A DNA stretch of 57,228 nucleotides from a virus (Duplodnaviria; Caudoviricetes): the IMG/VR virus record IMGVR_UViG_3300030117_002543, positions 1 to 57,228 of that record. One strand, 5' to 3'. Below the pieces are notes generated by a model. That model made no database searches. It worked only from the letters and a program-made list of their open reading frames with translations, and was not told the origin of the DNA. Shown here piece by piece: positions 19,473 through 28,277 of this stretch (positions within the stretch are counted from its first letter, which is position 1; each line of letters begins with the position of its first letter). The position numbers and the translations under genes were made by a program.

Positions 19473-22064
19473 CTACTCGCTATTTTCTTCCGGAAATGGC
19501 AAATCAGCATACTTATCTTCTGATATTATCCATACTCCTTCGTCATCTGTTTTATCCAACATCTCCTGCTTCTTTCCAGTCCAAGCCAACCATGTCTTTT
19601 GCTCATCCAATGGAACAACTCTCACATGCATTCTAGTCTGGAACTTGTCACCATCTAATCTGTACTCATGGTATCCATCCTTCTGAACTCCTAGTTCCAA
19701 ATCACCTGCATCGAGAAGTTTCTCCTCGTTGACAGTAGTTGCTACAATTGCCGGAAACTTACCTGACTTTCCAAACAGATTGAATATGTCCTCTGTGTCT
19801 TCTATGTCTATTGTCCAAGCCATCTTCTCGCCACCTGCTCTGATTACGAAGTCTATATTCCCGTCTTCTCGTTGGAACAACTTGAATCTGCCTTTGTTAG
19901 GCGTATCCTTTTTTTTTAACTCCTCAACATCTTTCTCAAGAACGTCATCCCTCGCTTGGAACTTGTTGGGATGAACGTACTGTATGTCCTCCTGCTTCTT
20001 CATCCATGACATGAGTTTCTCAGGCTTCATCTCAAACAGTTCCTCATAGACTTCCTTGTAGTGTTCTTCCACGAACTCTAGTATCTTGTCGAATGGCTTT
20101 GGGTCATCACCGTGTTCAATGATGTCGTTCCTGATTCCAAGTCTCAGTTCGGACCTCTTCGTTTTGAGTATCTCTGTTACCTGTTCTTTCCAGATGTCGA
20201 TGTTGTACAGGGCATTCTTCTGCATCAGGTCATCACCACTGAAACCGTAGATAGTAAACCCATCTAGGTCAGACTTGAGAATTATCTCAGCAGTTCCATG
20301 TATGTCATCCGTTATGTAATAGCCTTTCTTGACCTTCTCATCAACCCCGCTCATTACCTTGAATCTATCACCTACCGCTTTACCAGCGATGTACTCTATA
20401 GCAGAATCAAGTGATTTCTTGGTCTTGGTTGAGAGTTGCTCTAGGGTATCCACCTTGTCAGATTCAGTTACCTCTGGTATCTCTATCACCTTGGCTGAGT
20501 AGAGACTAAAACCATCTTTGCCCTTCTTCACTTCATCCACCTTGACTCTGACTATATCACCGACATCAACCTTCTCCTTAGTGTTCAACGCCTTCCCAAC
20601 TGAAAGATATGCCTTATCTCCTAGTTCGGTGGTCTTGTAGGTTCTCGCTGTCTCGGCATTAACTGGCCCTATTCCCATAGTGTAAGAGTACAGGCCACTT
20701 GCGGTCTTCTTGGATTCTAATACCACGACATCCAAATCAACGAACTTCTTCCACTTTATCCACTTTGGATTCTTCTGCTTTCCAATGATGTATGTGGATT
20801 CTATGTCCTTGATTACAACTCCCTCTGATGATGGTAATTCCATTATCACCTTAGAGTAGTCCTCGACCTCCTTGATTGAATCTGCTATCCTAGTGTCCTT
20901 TTTGGATGGGAATGCTAGGTTCTCTGTTGAATGGGAACTGTACTGGTAGAAGAGAATGTTGACCCTCTCCCTTAATGGCTCATCTGCAATCATCTTTCCT
21001 TCGTGCTTCATAATGTCGAAAACGTGAGCAGATAGTCTTCCTTTGGTTTCCTTCTTGAACACATGCGCTACGGTGTCAGCACGATGCAATGGCTCGTCAT
21101 CTAGGAAGAGCGTGAGTTCAGCATCGAGTATGCAATCCCCGAAGTTCTTCTTTTCCATCTCCTTGACTTGCAATGGGCATTTGTCCGTGATGTCCTTCTT
21201 GTTGAATGAGTATATCTTGATGCTGTCCCCATCCTTGTGAATCTGTATTCGCATTCCATCGTACTTCTCTTGAACTAACCACTCACCACTAAACCCCTTG
21301 AGTTGCTTCAAGTCATCAGTCTCAAAGATTCGATACATCGGCTTGTTGGGTATGATGAAGTCAACTTCCTGCTTCTCCTCCTCGCTCTTCTCCGCCTTTA
21401 CCACATCCAAATCAACAAGAGCATCCCACTTGTCTTCCGGATAGGTCTCGTTGTACATCTCCTTCAATCTAGAGAATGCCGACTTGAACTTGCTCTTGAC
21501 CCTACGAGTGTCCTTCCCCTCTGCACCATAATGCTCTATGATGTAAAGCGGGATGTCCTCTACCTTCAAGTCGAGACCCATCGTTCCTTGTGTTATCTGG
21601 TCAGGCTTGAGTTTCTGTGACTCGTATATCTTGTCAGGCATCTTGTTAGGATGAGAGCGCATCGCATAGTGGATGAATGATATGAAGACATCTGGTTTCT
21701 CCATGAATGTGTCAATGACATCATCACCTAACAACTTGGAGAAGGGGTCGCTTATCTTCTCCGACTTGAATCTCATCTCCTTTATTTCCTTGAACAGACG
21801 CTCGGCTGTTCCGGACTTCGGGTCATAGACATCATCATCAAACAGAATCTTCTCTGTAACGTACTCTTTCAACTCCCTAGCGAAGTTGCTCATCTGGTCG
21901 AAGTCCTCACGAATCTTCTTGACGATGCTCTTCCACTTCTTCCCATACTCTGATGGGTCTTCCTTCGCTGATAGGTATGCGAATCTAGTACGCTCAAAAA
22001 AATCAAGGACTCTCTTCGTGAGTCCGTCTTCTTCCTTCTCAAATGCTAGACCAGAACGAGGCAT
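19473..22064 (-). CDS. lig: ATP-dependent DNA ligase with extra N- and C-terminal domains
   Basis: Motif I QEKYDGMR, III ILDAEL, IIIa VFDIM, IV EGVVIK, V WIKWK, followed by an OB domain. Confidence 0.9.
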   Translation of the reverse strand: MPRSGLAFEKEEDGLTKRVLDFFERTRFAYLSAKEDPSEYGKKWKSIVKKIREDFDQMSNFARELKEYVTEKILFDDDVYDPKSGTAERLFKEIKEMRFKSEKISDPFSKLLGDDVIDTFMEKPDVFISFIHYAMRSHPNKMPDKIYESQKLKPDQITQGTMGLDLKVEDIPLYIIEHYGAEGKDTRRVKSKFKSAFSRLKEMYNETYPEDKWDALVDLDVVKAEKSEEEKQEVDFIIPNKPMYRIFETDDLKQLKGFSGEWLVQEKYDGMRIQIHKDGDSIKIYSFNKKDITDKCPLQVKEMEKKNFGDCILDAELTLFLDDEPLHRADTVAHVFKKETKGRLSAHVFDIMKHEGKMIADEPLRERVNILFYQYSSHSTENLAFPSKKDTRIADSIKEVEDYSKVIMELPSSEGVVIKDIESTYIIGKQKNPKWIKWKKFVDLDVVVLESKKTASGLYSYTMGIGPVNAETARTYKTTELGDKAYLSVGKALNTKEKVDVGDIVRVKVDEVKKGKDGFSLYSAKVIEIPEVTESDKVDTLEQLSTKTKKSLDSAIEYIAGKAVGDRFKVMSGVDEKVKKGYYITDDIHGTAEIILKSDLDGFTIYGFSGDDLMQKNALYNIDIWKEQVTEILKTKRSELRLGIRNDIIEHGDDPKPFDKILEFVEEHYKEVYEELFEMKPEKLMSWMKKQEDIQYVHPNKFQARDDVLEKDVEELKKKDTPNKGRFKLFQREDGNIDFVIRAGGEKMAWTIDIEDTEDIFNLFGKSGKFPAIVATTVNEEKLLDAGDLELGVQKDGYHEYRLDGDKFQTRMHVRVVPLDEQKTWLAWTGKKQEMLDKTDDEGVWIISEDKYADLPFPEENSE

Positions 22065-22070
22065 TCATCC

Positions 22071-22325
22071 TCACACCTGTCTCGCTTCACCAGTGTTGAA
22101 CCAAGACGACTTTTTCATAGTGCCATCGTTTGTTTTGTTTTCCTTCCCTTCGATGTTGCTTGTCTTCGGGATTGGCTCTTCTGATGGATTCTTCTTTGGC
22201 TTCTTGACCTTGACTTCCTCTCCCATCAGGTCATCCTTGTTCTCAAGGATTCCTAGATGTCCTGCTTCCTGTATAATCTCTTTCGCCTTCGCAATGGCTT
22301 CCTGTATGATTTCCTCTTCTCCCAT
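22071..22325 (-). CDS. Hypothetical protein
   Basis: Tightly packed ORF, charged. Confidence 0.65.
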   Translation of the reverse strand: MGEEEIIQEAIAKAKEIIQEAGHLGILENKDDLMGEEVKVKKPKKNPSEEPIPKTSNIEGKENKTNDGTMKKSSWFNTGEARQV

Positions 22326-22326
22326 T

Positions 22327-22560
22327 CTATCCCTCTATTGTCTCTATGATTTGGTTGATTTCTGACCAGTCCATCTTCGCTATTGTGTCTCCTGACATTC
22401 CTGATTGCTCGTTGTTCATCGATGGCCGTGGGCTATCGACTACCACAAGCCCGCTCTTCATCAGTAGATTATCTTTCTGATAAACGACCTCTTCCAAGGA
22501 TTTCACCTTGCCAACCAGTTCTTTCAGGAGCAGTAGCATCTCGTTCTTCTCATCACTCAT
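22327..22560 (-). CDS. Hypothetical protein, C-terminal 'MDWSEINQII'
   Basis: Coupled ORF; C-terminus resembles the scaffold C-terminus 'ISWSDIHNIV'. Confidence 0.7.
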   Translation of the reverse strand: MSDEKNEMLLLLKELVGKVKSLEEVVYQKDNLLMKSGLVVVDSPRPSMNNEQSGMSGDTIAKMDWSEINQIIETIEG

Positions 22561-22631
22561 GCGTCTTCCTCCTTCCTGAACTCATTTAGTTTTTCCTTAA
22601 GATTTCTTTTTAGTATTCCTTTCATGTTCAT
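22557..22631 (-). CDS. 24-aa micro-ORF (MNMKGILKRN...)
   Basis: Fills the gap exactly, with TAA-ATG and ATGA coupling; not in ORF track. Confidence 0.45.
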   Translation of the reverse strand: MNMKGILKRNLKEKLNEFRKEEDA

Positions 22632-22919
22632 TTACATCATCTCTCCGTATTCATTCATATCAAATTCTCTACCAAGACCGGGATTATACATTGTTGTTGG
22701 TCTTTCTTTAGGAGGTGGAGCATCTACTGCTTCTTTCATTTGTTTAACCGCGCTATCTAAACCATCAAATTCTACAAGATAACCTATTTCTTGAATCGGG
22801 TCAATACCGGGAAGTTTTTCTGCATATTTTTTTATCAAATTCTCTAAATCATATTTTTTCATTATTTGTTCTAGCAAATACTTCTTTGAGTCTGTTTTGA
22901 TTATATCTTGCCAACTCAT
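22632..22919 (-). CDS. W-tag small protein (MSWQDIIK)
   Basis: Shared N-terminal motif; AT-rich. Confidence 0.75.
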   Translation of the reverse strand: MSWQDIIKTDSKKYLLEQIMKKYDLENLIKKYAEKLPGIDPIQEIGYLVEFDGLDSAVKQMKEAVDAPPPKERPTTMYNPGLGREFDMNEYGEMM

Positions 22920-22924
22920 TTCAA

Positions 22925-23110
22925 TCAATCCATCGGAGGAATCCCTTGTTCCTCATCTTCCTTTCTTCTTTCTTCCATTTCCCTTTCTATGTCTTCGGGT
23001 GTGATTTTAGTTCCGTATCTGCCTTCGGCAGTAGCAGGTTCTTTTCCTCTGTAATCACCTTCAGTTTCTTTAGGAATTGGAATCTTCTTCAATATATCTT
23101 GCCAACTCAT
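22925..23110 (-). CDS. W-tag small protein (MSWQDILK)
   Basis: ATG at 23110 overlaps the upstream stop (ATGA). Confidence 0.75.
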   Translation of the reverse strand: MSWQDILKKIPIPKETEGDYRGKEPATAEGRYGTKITPEDIEREMEERRKEDEEQGIPPMD

Positions 23111-23340
23111 TCTGATTCCTCTATTTCTGTACACTGGCGACATTGCATATCTTCTCTCTCTTTTTTAGTTCTCAATTCATTATCACATTTTTCATATCTT
23201 CCATTGCCAAGAGGAAACATAGTCTCGCAATATTTTACGAAATTGGGAACGGACTTTGCATCTTGCGGAGTGTGCGTTCCATACATGTCCATGTAGAAGT
23301 CTTGCTCTTCCCTTCCTTTCAGGATATCTTGCCAACTCAT
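23107..23340 (-). CDS. W-tag small protein (MSWQDILK) with Cys motif
   Basis: Shared motif; C...C...CxxC. Confidence 0.75.
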   Translation of the reverse strand: MSWQDILKGREEQDFYMDMYGTHTPQDAKSVPNFVKYCETMFPLGNGRYEKCDNELRTKKEREDMQCRQCTEIEESE

Positions 23341-23663
23341 TCTAACTTCCCCTTCTTCTTTGGATAAATCTCTGCTCTCAACTGGTTGTAAAGTGTCTCG
23401 TAGTCCTTCCGTAACTCAGACGCAGTGGCAACTAGGTCTAAGTTGTTCTCATCGAACTTCTCAAACTTCTTCTGCATGTTCTTGTCGTTCTTCACCAAGT
23501 CAAGACCCTTCATCGCAGTCAACAAATCGGACAACTGTGTTATCTCCTGACCCATGAACTCAGACGGTTGAGCAGACTGTAGGAGTTTCTTTATCTTCTT
23601 CTTCTCCTTTGGGTCGAGTTTCTCCACTAGACCGTCTGCTTTCAGGATGGTTTGCCAACTCAC
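23337..23663 (-). CDS. W-tag protein (MSWQTILKA)
   Basis: GTG start overlapping the upstream stop. Confidence 0.75.
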   Translation of the reverse strand: MSWQTILKADGLVEKLDPKEKKKIKKLLQSAQPSEFMGQEITQLSDLLTAMKGLDLVKNDKNMQKKFEKFDENNLDLVATASELRKDYETLYNQLRAEIYPKKKGKLE

Positions 23664-24844
23664 TCGTCTTCCTCCTCTTCATCGTACAAATCATGGGCCT
23701 CTATTATGTTTCTGAATTCCCTGTTGAACTGAAATGGCCTTGGTTCCTCTATCTCCTTTAGTTCATTTACTATACCTTCATTGATGTACTCAATGGCTAA
23801 TGTTCCGTCTTCCCTTCTCGTTATCTCAAACACATGCATCAGGAACTCTATTGCTGTGAGGTACTTCTCGATGTTTTCTTCTGTGGCTTCATCTTCTTCT
23901 TCTGCATCCAAATAATCGTCATGCATTTCCATTACGTCTTCTATCAGTATGTAGAGTGCGCTCTCCAAGTCATCGAATGACGATTCTTCAAACAGAGCGG
24001 GGAATGCTTCCAGCAAGTTATCCTCTCTGATTAGATTGAATAGTTCGTCTAGGTTGTTCTCATCGAATCTGACGTATCTCTCTAGTCGGCTTCTTGATTC
24101 CCTCTTGTCGTAAGATGACATCTGTTCCATACCCAAGAAGTTAAGCAAGTCCTCCCACACTTCCTTGGATGTCTTGCCATTGTACATCTTGTATCCTAGT
24201 TCTTCTCCCTGCATCCATTCCTTTGTCTCTTCATCAAACCTAGCGAGATTGAGTGGCTTCTCTAGATAGACCTCACGAACAGCATTCGATATTCTTTCAC
24301 CTAGATACAGGAACTCGTTTATCTTGTCCTTGAACCTTGCAAATTGCGTAGACCATTCCTTTGTGAACTTCTTCTTGTTCGGGAACTTCTCTTCCATCTC
24401 TGCTGGGCTGTTGAACTTTGACACCATTCGTAGGATTTCCTCTAGACTGTCGGCATTCAATTCCCTACTAGCGAAGGACTGTCTTTGCTCTGTTCTCCTT
24501 TCCATCTCTTGGATATAGCCCTCTTGAAGACCCTTCAGTGTTTCTTCTAACAACGCTCTTACTTTTTCAAATTCCCAATCATCGGATAGAGGAGTTGCTT
24601 GAATCCTTTCTAGGGATTTCCTTGAGTCAACCATGAAACCCGGATTGTTTCTCAAGTCTCCTCCCTTTCTTGCTCTTCTGTCTTCTAGTGGAGCAGGTTG
24701 TGTTAGTAGGTTAGGGCCGAATTTTTCCTCATCCCATTCGCTAGATGCAGTCCTCAATTGCTTTGGGGTAAGATTCCCCTTGATGTCATAGATGTCAGAA
24801 TGGACTTCCTCACCCTGCTTTCTGAGGATATCCATGAATGACAT
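23660..24844 (-). CDS. Acidic hypothetical protein (MSFMDILRK tag variant)
   Basis: 394-aa ORF with GGTGA RBS. Confidence 0.75.
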   Translation of the reverse strand: MSFMDILRKQGEEVHSDIYDIKGNLTPKQLRTASSEWDEEKFGPNLLTQPAPLEDRRARKGGDLRNNPGFMVDSRKSLERIQATPLSDDWEFEKVRALLEETLKGLQEGYIQEMERRTEQRQSFASRELNADSLEEILRMVSKFNSPAEMEEKFPNKKKFTKEWSTQFARFKDKINEFLYLGERISNAVREVYLEKPLNLARFDEETKEWMQGEELGYKMYNGKTSKEVWEDLLNFLGMEQMSSYDKRESRSRLERYVRFDENNLDELFNLIREDNLLEAFPALFEESSFDDLESALYILIEDVMEMHDDYLDAEEEDEATEENIEKYLTAIEFLMHVFEITRREDGTLAIEYINEGIVNELKEIEEPRPFQFNREFRNIIEAHDLYDEEEEDE

Positions 24845-24848
24845 CCAA

Positions 24849-25073
24849 TCACCACGGAATGTTTTCTTTCTTCAACTTCTTCTTCTTAGGTAGGAGAATA
24901 GCATCAGGGATATCAGTGGAATTGGGTAGTGGCTTTGACTTAGTATTTGGGTCAATGCCTCCTAATGAGAAATCACGGTTCTTCGTGATTCTGTTCTCAT
25001 GCTCCCTTCTTTCCTCGTTCCTTGCCGCTTTCAGTTCTCTTTCCAATTGCCTTACGCCTTTCTTTTCACTCAT
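24849..25073 (-). CDS. Small basic hypothetical protein
   Basis: ATG at 25073 after GGTGA. Confidence 0.65.
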   Translation of the reverse strand: MSEKKGVRQLERELKAARNEERREHENRITKNRDFSLGGIDPNTKSKPLPNSTDIPDAILLPKKKKLKKENIPW

Positions 25074-25197
25074 CTTTGTCACCTTTCTTGTCTTTCACTG
25101 CATCCTTCATTGGCTCTTCCTTATCGCCATCTCCATCGATGTCAATAAAGTCGGGCTTCTCTTCCTTATCTTTTTTCAATATTTCTTGCCATTCCAT
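25066..25197 (-). CDS. 43-aa W-tag peptide with DxDGDG (EF-hand-like) motif
   Basis: Translated by hand: MEWQEILKKDKEEKPDFIDIDGDGDKEEPMKDAVKDKKGDKDE; below ORF-track cutoff. Confidence 0.7.
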   Translation of the reverse strand: MEWQEILKKDKEEKPDFIDIDGDGDKEEPMKDAVKDKKGDKDE

Positions 25198-25298
25198 ATT
25201 CCTTCCTCCACAAATAATCTAATTCTCTCATCTGTCTCCGCATTCAATTTGTCAATTTCTTCTTTCCATTTCCTTGCTATCTCAAGCAGTCTGCTCAA
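25176..25298 (-). CDS. 40-aa micro-ORF
   Basis: TTG start overlapping portal stop: MSRLLEIARKWKEEIDKLNAETDERIRLFVEEGIWNGKKY. Confidence 0.45.
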   Translation of the reverse strand: MSRLLEIARKWKEEIDKLNAETDERIRLFVEEGIWNGKKY

Positions 25299-26932
25299 CC
25301 AACCCGCCTCTCACTACGCCTATCGACATTTTCATTCCCTGCTTCTCTTGGCAAACCGCTGAATCTCTTATCGGGACCAACGCTCATGCTCGGTTTGTTT
25401 CTTCCTTTCACAGTAGCGGGTTGACCTGCTTCTTCGGCAGTTGGCCTAGTTCCGGCTTCCATCATCTGACCTAGTTGTGACTGGTCGATGTTGGTTCCAG
25501 CATACGGGTCTAATTCGATTTCATCGTCTTGCTGTTGGTCTTCTGGTTGTGGTGGCTTGACGTAAGTGAATCTTCCTTCGTCATCCATGTTGACTTCAAA
25601 TCCGAGGTTCTTGATAGCCGCCGCGACGTTGACCTCAATCTCCCTCTTCCTCAGTTTGGCAATCTCATCCTCCTCTTCTGATGGTGGCAGTTTCAACTCC
25701 CAATCGGTGATACCGAATTCTGCTGTCATAAACGGGAACACGTAATCATTCCAAATCGTCTGTGCCATCTCGACTGCTCTGTTGGTTACGAGTATTTGCA
25801 TACCCTCGTTATTCAATCCCCCACTAGCAGAATTGTCTGCCATGAATACCTTGCTGACTCCGTAGAATCCTGATATTCTATCCCTCAAGTCATCCTTGAC
25901 AGACATGTAATCCATCTCTTTCAGGCTATCCATGAACTTCACCCACTCGACGGAACCCTTGCCGCCTTCCGCTTCGATTCCCATTACAGGAATGAAGTGC
26001 GGGTCTTTCTCCATCTTCTCCTTGACGCTTCGCCAAAACGACCTCATCGAATCTATGTTTCTAGTCTGAACTGCTAGTAGACCCTTTGGCATTCTAGCCT
26101 TAGTGTATGATGAGTTGACGTAGTTCTCCATCGCTATCAGAGTCGTAACGTGATTCCATAGTGTTATGATTGGTGACAGTCCATACATCCTACCGGGTGA
26201 GTATTTGCTGAAATGCAAAACCTCTCCCTTTGTGAAATACTGCTCTTCTCCCTTCACTCTGTTTACATAGTGAACAGGGTGCAGTTCTGAGTTGCATTCC
26301 TCGCAAAGACCAGTTGGACTTGTCTCTATTCTGTCTCTATGCTTGACACAGATGTAGCCTCCCTTTCCTCTTTCACCCGTATCGTTAGAGTAGATGTGCA
26401 TCGTAACAGGGTCACCACGATAGACCTCCTTTATTCGATGCATACGAATCTCGTTATTGTTATCCATGAAGTACTCCTTCACTAGGACAAGATAGGCATC
26501 ATCCATGATATTCAGGTCATCCTCTAGTTCCTTCAATACGTCTATGAACATCTGCTCCGATTTGTTGACATAACCATCTAGGAATCTCTGAGCGTACTTC
26601 AACTGGTCAGGGTTCGGCTTCTCTAGGTTCATCGAGCCACACTCTGCACATTGTTCAACAGGCGACTGATGTTCCTTTCCACAATCAGTGCATTTCTTGA
26701 CGAACTTCTCCTCCCATAGGTATCCTCTTCTGAATATCTCCTGCTTTAGTTGGGTAGTACAAGTCCTGACTATTACCGATTGCTGTGCTATGTGGTATAT
26801 CACAGGAGATGTGAGTAAATACGATGTGTCCTTCTCCTGAATGCCCGGATTGTATATTGTCCTGTCTGCTGGTTTTGGAGTTGTCCTACGAAATAGGTTT
26901 CCTATTCTGAATCTTCTCTTTTCATCTGCCAT
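25295..26932 (-). CDS. Portal protein
   Basis: 'LEDDLNIMDDAYL', 'EVLHF...YGLSPI', 'ISGFYGVSKVFM' HK97-type portal motifs; near terminase. Confidence 0.9.
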   Translation of the reverse strand: MADEKRRFRIGNLFRRTTPKPADRTIYNPGIQEKDTSYLLTSPVIYHIAQQSVIVRTCTTQLKQEIFRRGYLWEEKFVKKCTDCGKEHQSPVEQCAECGSMNLEKPNPDQLKYAQRFLDGYVNKSEQMFIDVLKELEDDLNIMDDAYLVLVKEYFMDNNNEIRMHRIKEVYRGDPVTMHIYSNDTGERGKGGYICVKHRDRIETSPTGLCEECNSELHPVHYVNRVKGEEQYFTKGEVLHFSKYSPGRMYGLSPIITLWNHVTTLIAMENYVNSSYTKARMPKGLLAVQTRNIDSMRSFWRSVKEKMEKDPHFIPVMGIEAEGGKGSVEWVKFMDSLKEMDYMSVKDDLRDRISGFYGVSKVFMADNSASGGLNNEGMQILVTNRAVEMAQTIWNDYVFPFMTAEFGITDWELKLPPSEEEDEIAKLRKREIEVNVAAAIKNLGFEVNMDDEGRFTYVKPPQPEDQQQDDEIELDPYAGTNIDQSQLGQMMEAGTRPTAEEAGQPATVKGRNKPSMSVGPDKRFSGLPREAGNENVDRRSERRVG

Positions 26933-26933
26933 A

Positions 26934-28277
26934 CTATGCCTCCGTCTTTATGACTCCCTCGATGACATCCATCTCCGTCATCTTGGAGTTCTCATGGAAC
27001 TTGGATACTGTGTCTATGTCTATGCCGTATTTGATGAAGTCATAGTTGGCATTGTCCTTGTGGTTCTCGTATTTCATCAGTTGGAACAACTCCTGTCTTC
27101 GGGGTTTGTACCACTCGGCCTTCTTGTGAGACTTTTTCATTCTAAGCAATTCTAATAGTATGTCTGCGTTTGCTCCTTTCATTTTCAAGAAGGGTCTGCA
27201 TTTCGTAAGAATTTCATTTACATCTGCCGCAGAGTAAAAATTCAATCTATTGACAGGCTTGGTGTCTTGTGGTGATTTTTGGTCTAGATGCAATCTGCCA
27301 CACCCAAGGGACTTGTGCATCTCCATCATAAACGCCTTTCCCCTGTCTCCCGTTGCGACTAGGCCGACTCTTGGATTAAAGTTTTTATCCATTGTAATGT
27401 ATCCATCAGAGTCTATGAAAGCGGCAGTGTATGCGTAGATGTCCTTTTTTATGTCATCACTGAACTTGTAGAAAGCACCATCAACTGTGGTGATATTCTG
27501 AGTCCTAGCCATCTTTGAGATTATGCTGGGTGATGTTTTCTTGAACAGGTTCTTAGGAAGTCTCTCATGTATCTGCCTAGCCGAGATTCCGGGTTCCTCG
27601 CAAACAGCATGAAGTATCTCCTGTTTGATTACATCTTTCGGGCTGATGCTAGGCATGTGTTCCTTGATTATCTTCTTGAACTCCTTCTTGCTATTGGTCA
27701 TCTCCTTGGTCAAAGAGGAGTAGTCCGAGTTGTATGGTATCTCTGCTCTATCGAGTCTAGCCTCCCAATACTTGCAAAGGGAGTCAATGGCATCTCTCCT
27801 AGTGTTCTCGTCATGTATGTATGAGAGTTTGATTAGTTGCTCTTCGGAACAAACCATCTCCTTGACGACGGGCTTATACTTAGAAATCCAGTATATCCTG
27901 TCTATCGTGTTGTCCAAGTGTGATGCGTATCCCTTGATTAGATTGTCAATCGATTTCGTGATTGCTATTTTCTTCTCTCCTTTCAGGGTTCTTCGATAGT
28001 CCTTGAGTTCCTTGATGAGAGATGGAATGTCTTTACCCTCTACCTCGTACTTCTTGAAGTCGTCATTAAGTTGCTTCTTGGCATCGGATAGTGAGATATT
28101 GTGTTCCACTGCGAACTTCTTCTCAATATCGAAGTGGTTAGTGGTATTCTGCTCTGACAGCCAAGACCTCTTGAGTTCATCAGACAATCTCTTCTGCTCC
28201 TCAACTAGCGTTTCTTCCTCATCGGCAAGAGAAGCCATCTCCCTAAGTTTGTCTCCCTTCTCTCCCATTGTATTCAC
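26934..28277 (-). CDS. Multidomain protein with winged-HTH and C-terminal LAGLIDADG endonuclease domain
   Basis: 'YAYTAAFIDSDGYI' LAGLIDADG motif; 'EEPGISARQIHERL' HTH. Confidence 0.75.
   Translation of the reverse strand: MNTMGEKGDKLREMASLADEEETLVEEQKRLSDELKRSWLSEQNTTNHFDIEKKFAVEHNISLSDAKKQLNDDFKKYEVEGKDIPSLIKELKDYRRTLKGEKKIAITKSIDNLIKGYASHLDNTIDRIYWISKYKPVVKEMVCSEEQLIKLSYIHDENTRRDAIDSLCKYWEARLDRAEIPYNSDYSSLTKEMTNSKKEFKKIIKEHMPSISPKDVIKQEILHAVCEEPGISARQIHERLPKNLFKKTSPSIISKMARTQNITTVDGAFYKFSDDIKKDIYAYTAAFIDSDGYITMDKNFNPRVGLVATGDRGKAFMMEMHKSLGCGRLHLDQKSPQDTKPVNRLNFYSAADVNEILTKCRPFLKMKGANADILLELLRMKKSHKKAEWYKPRRQELFQLMKYENHKDNANYDFIKYGIDIDTVSKFHENSKMTEMDVIEGVIKTEA

Noticed and set aside
26934-28277. 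LAGLIDADG as an intein or intron in terminase or portal
   Set aside because: Terminase and portal are intact separate ORFs, with no intein N-terminal C/S or C-terminal HN signature.
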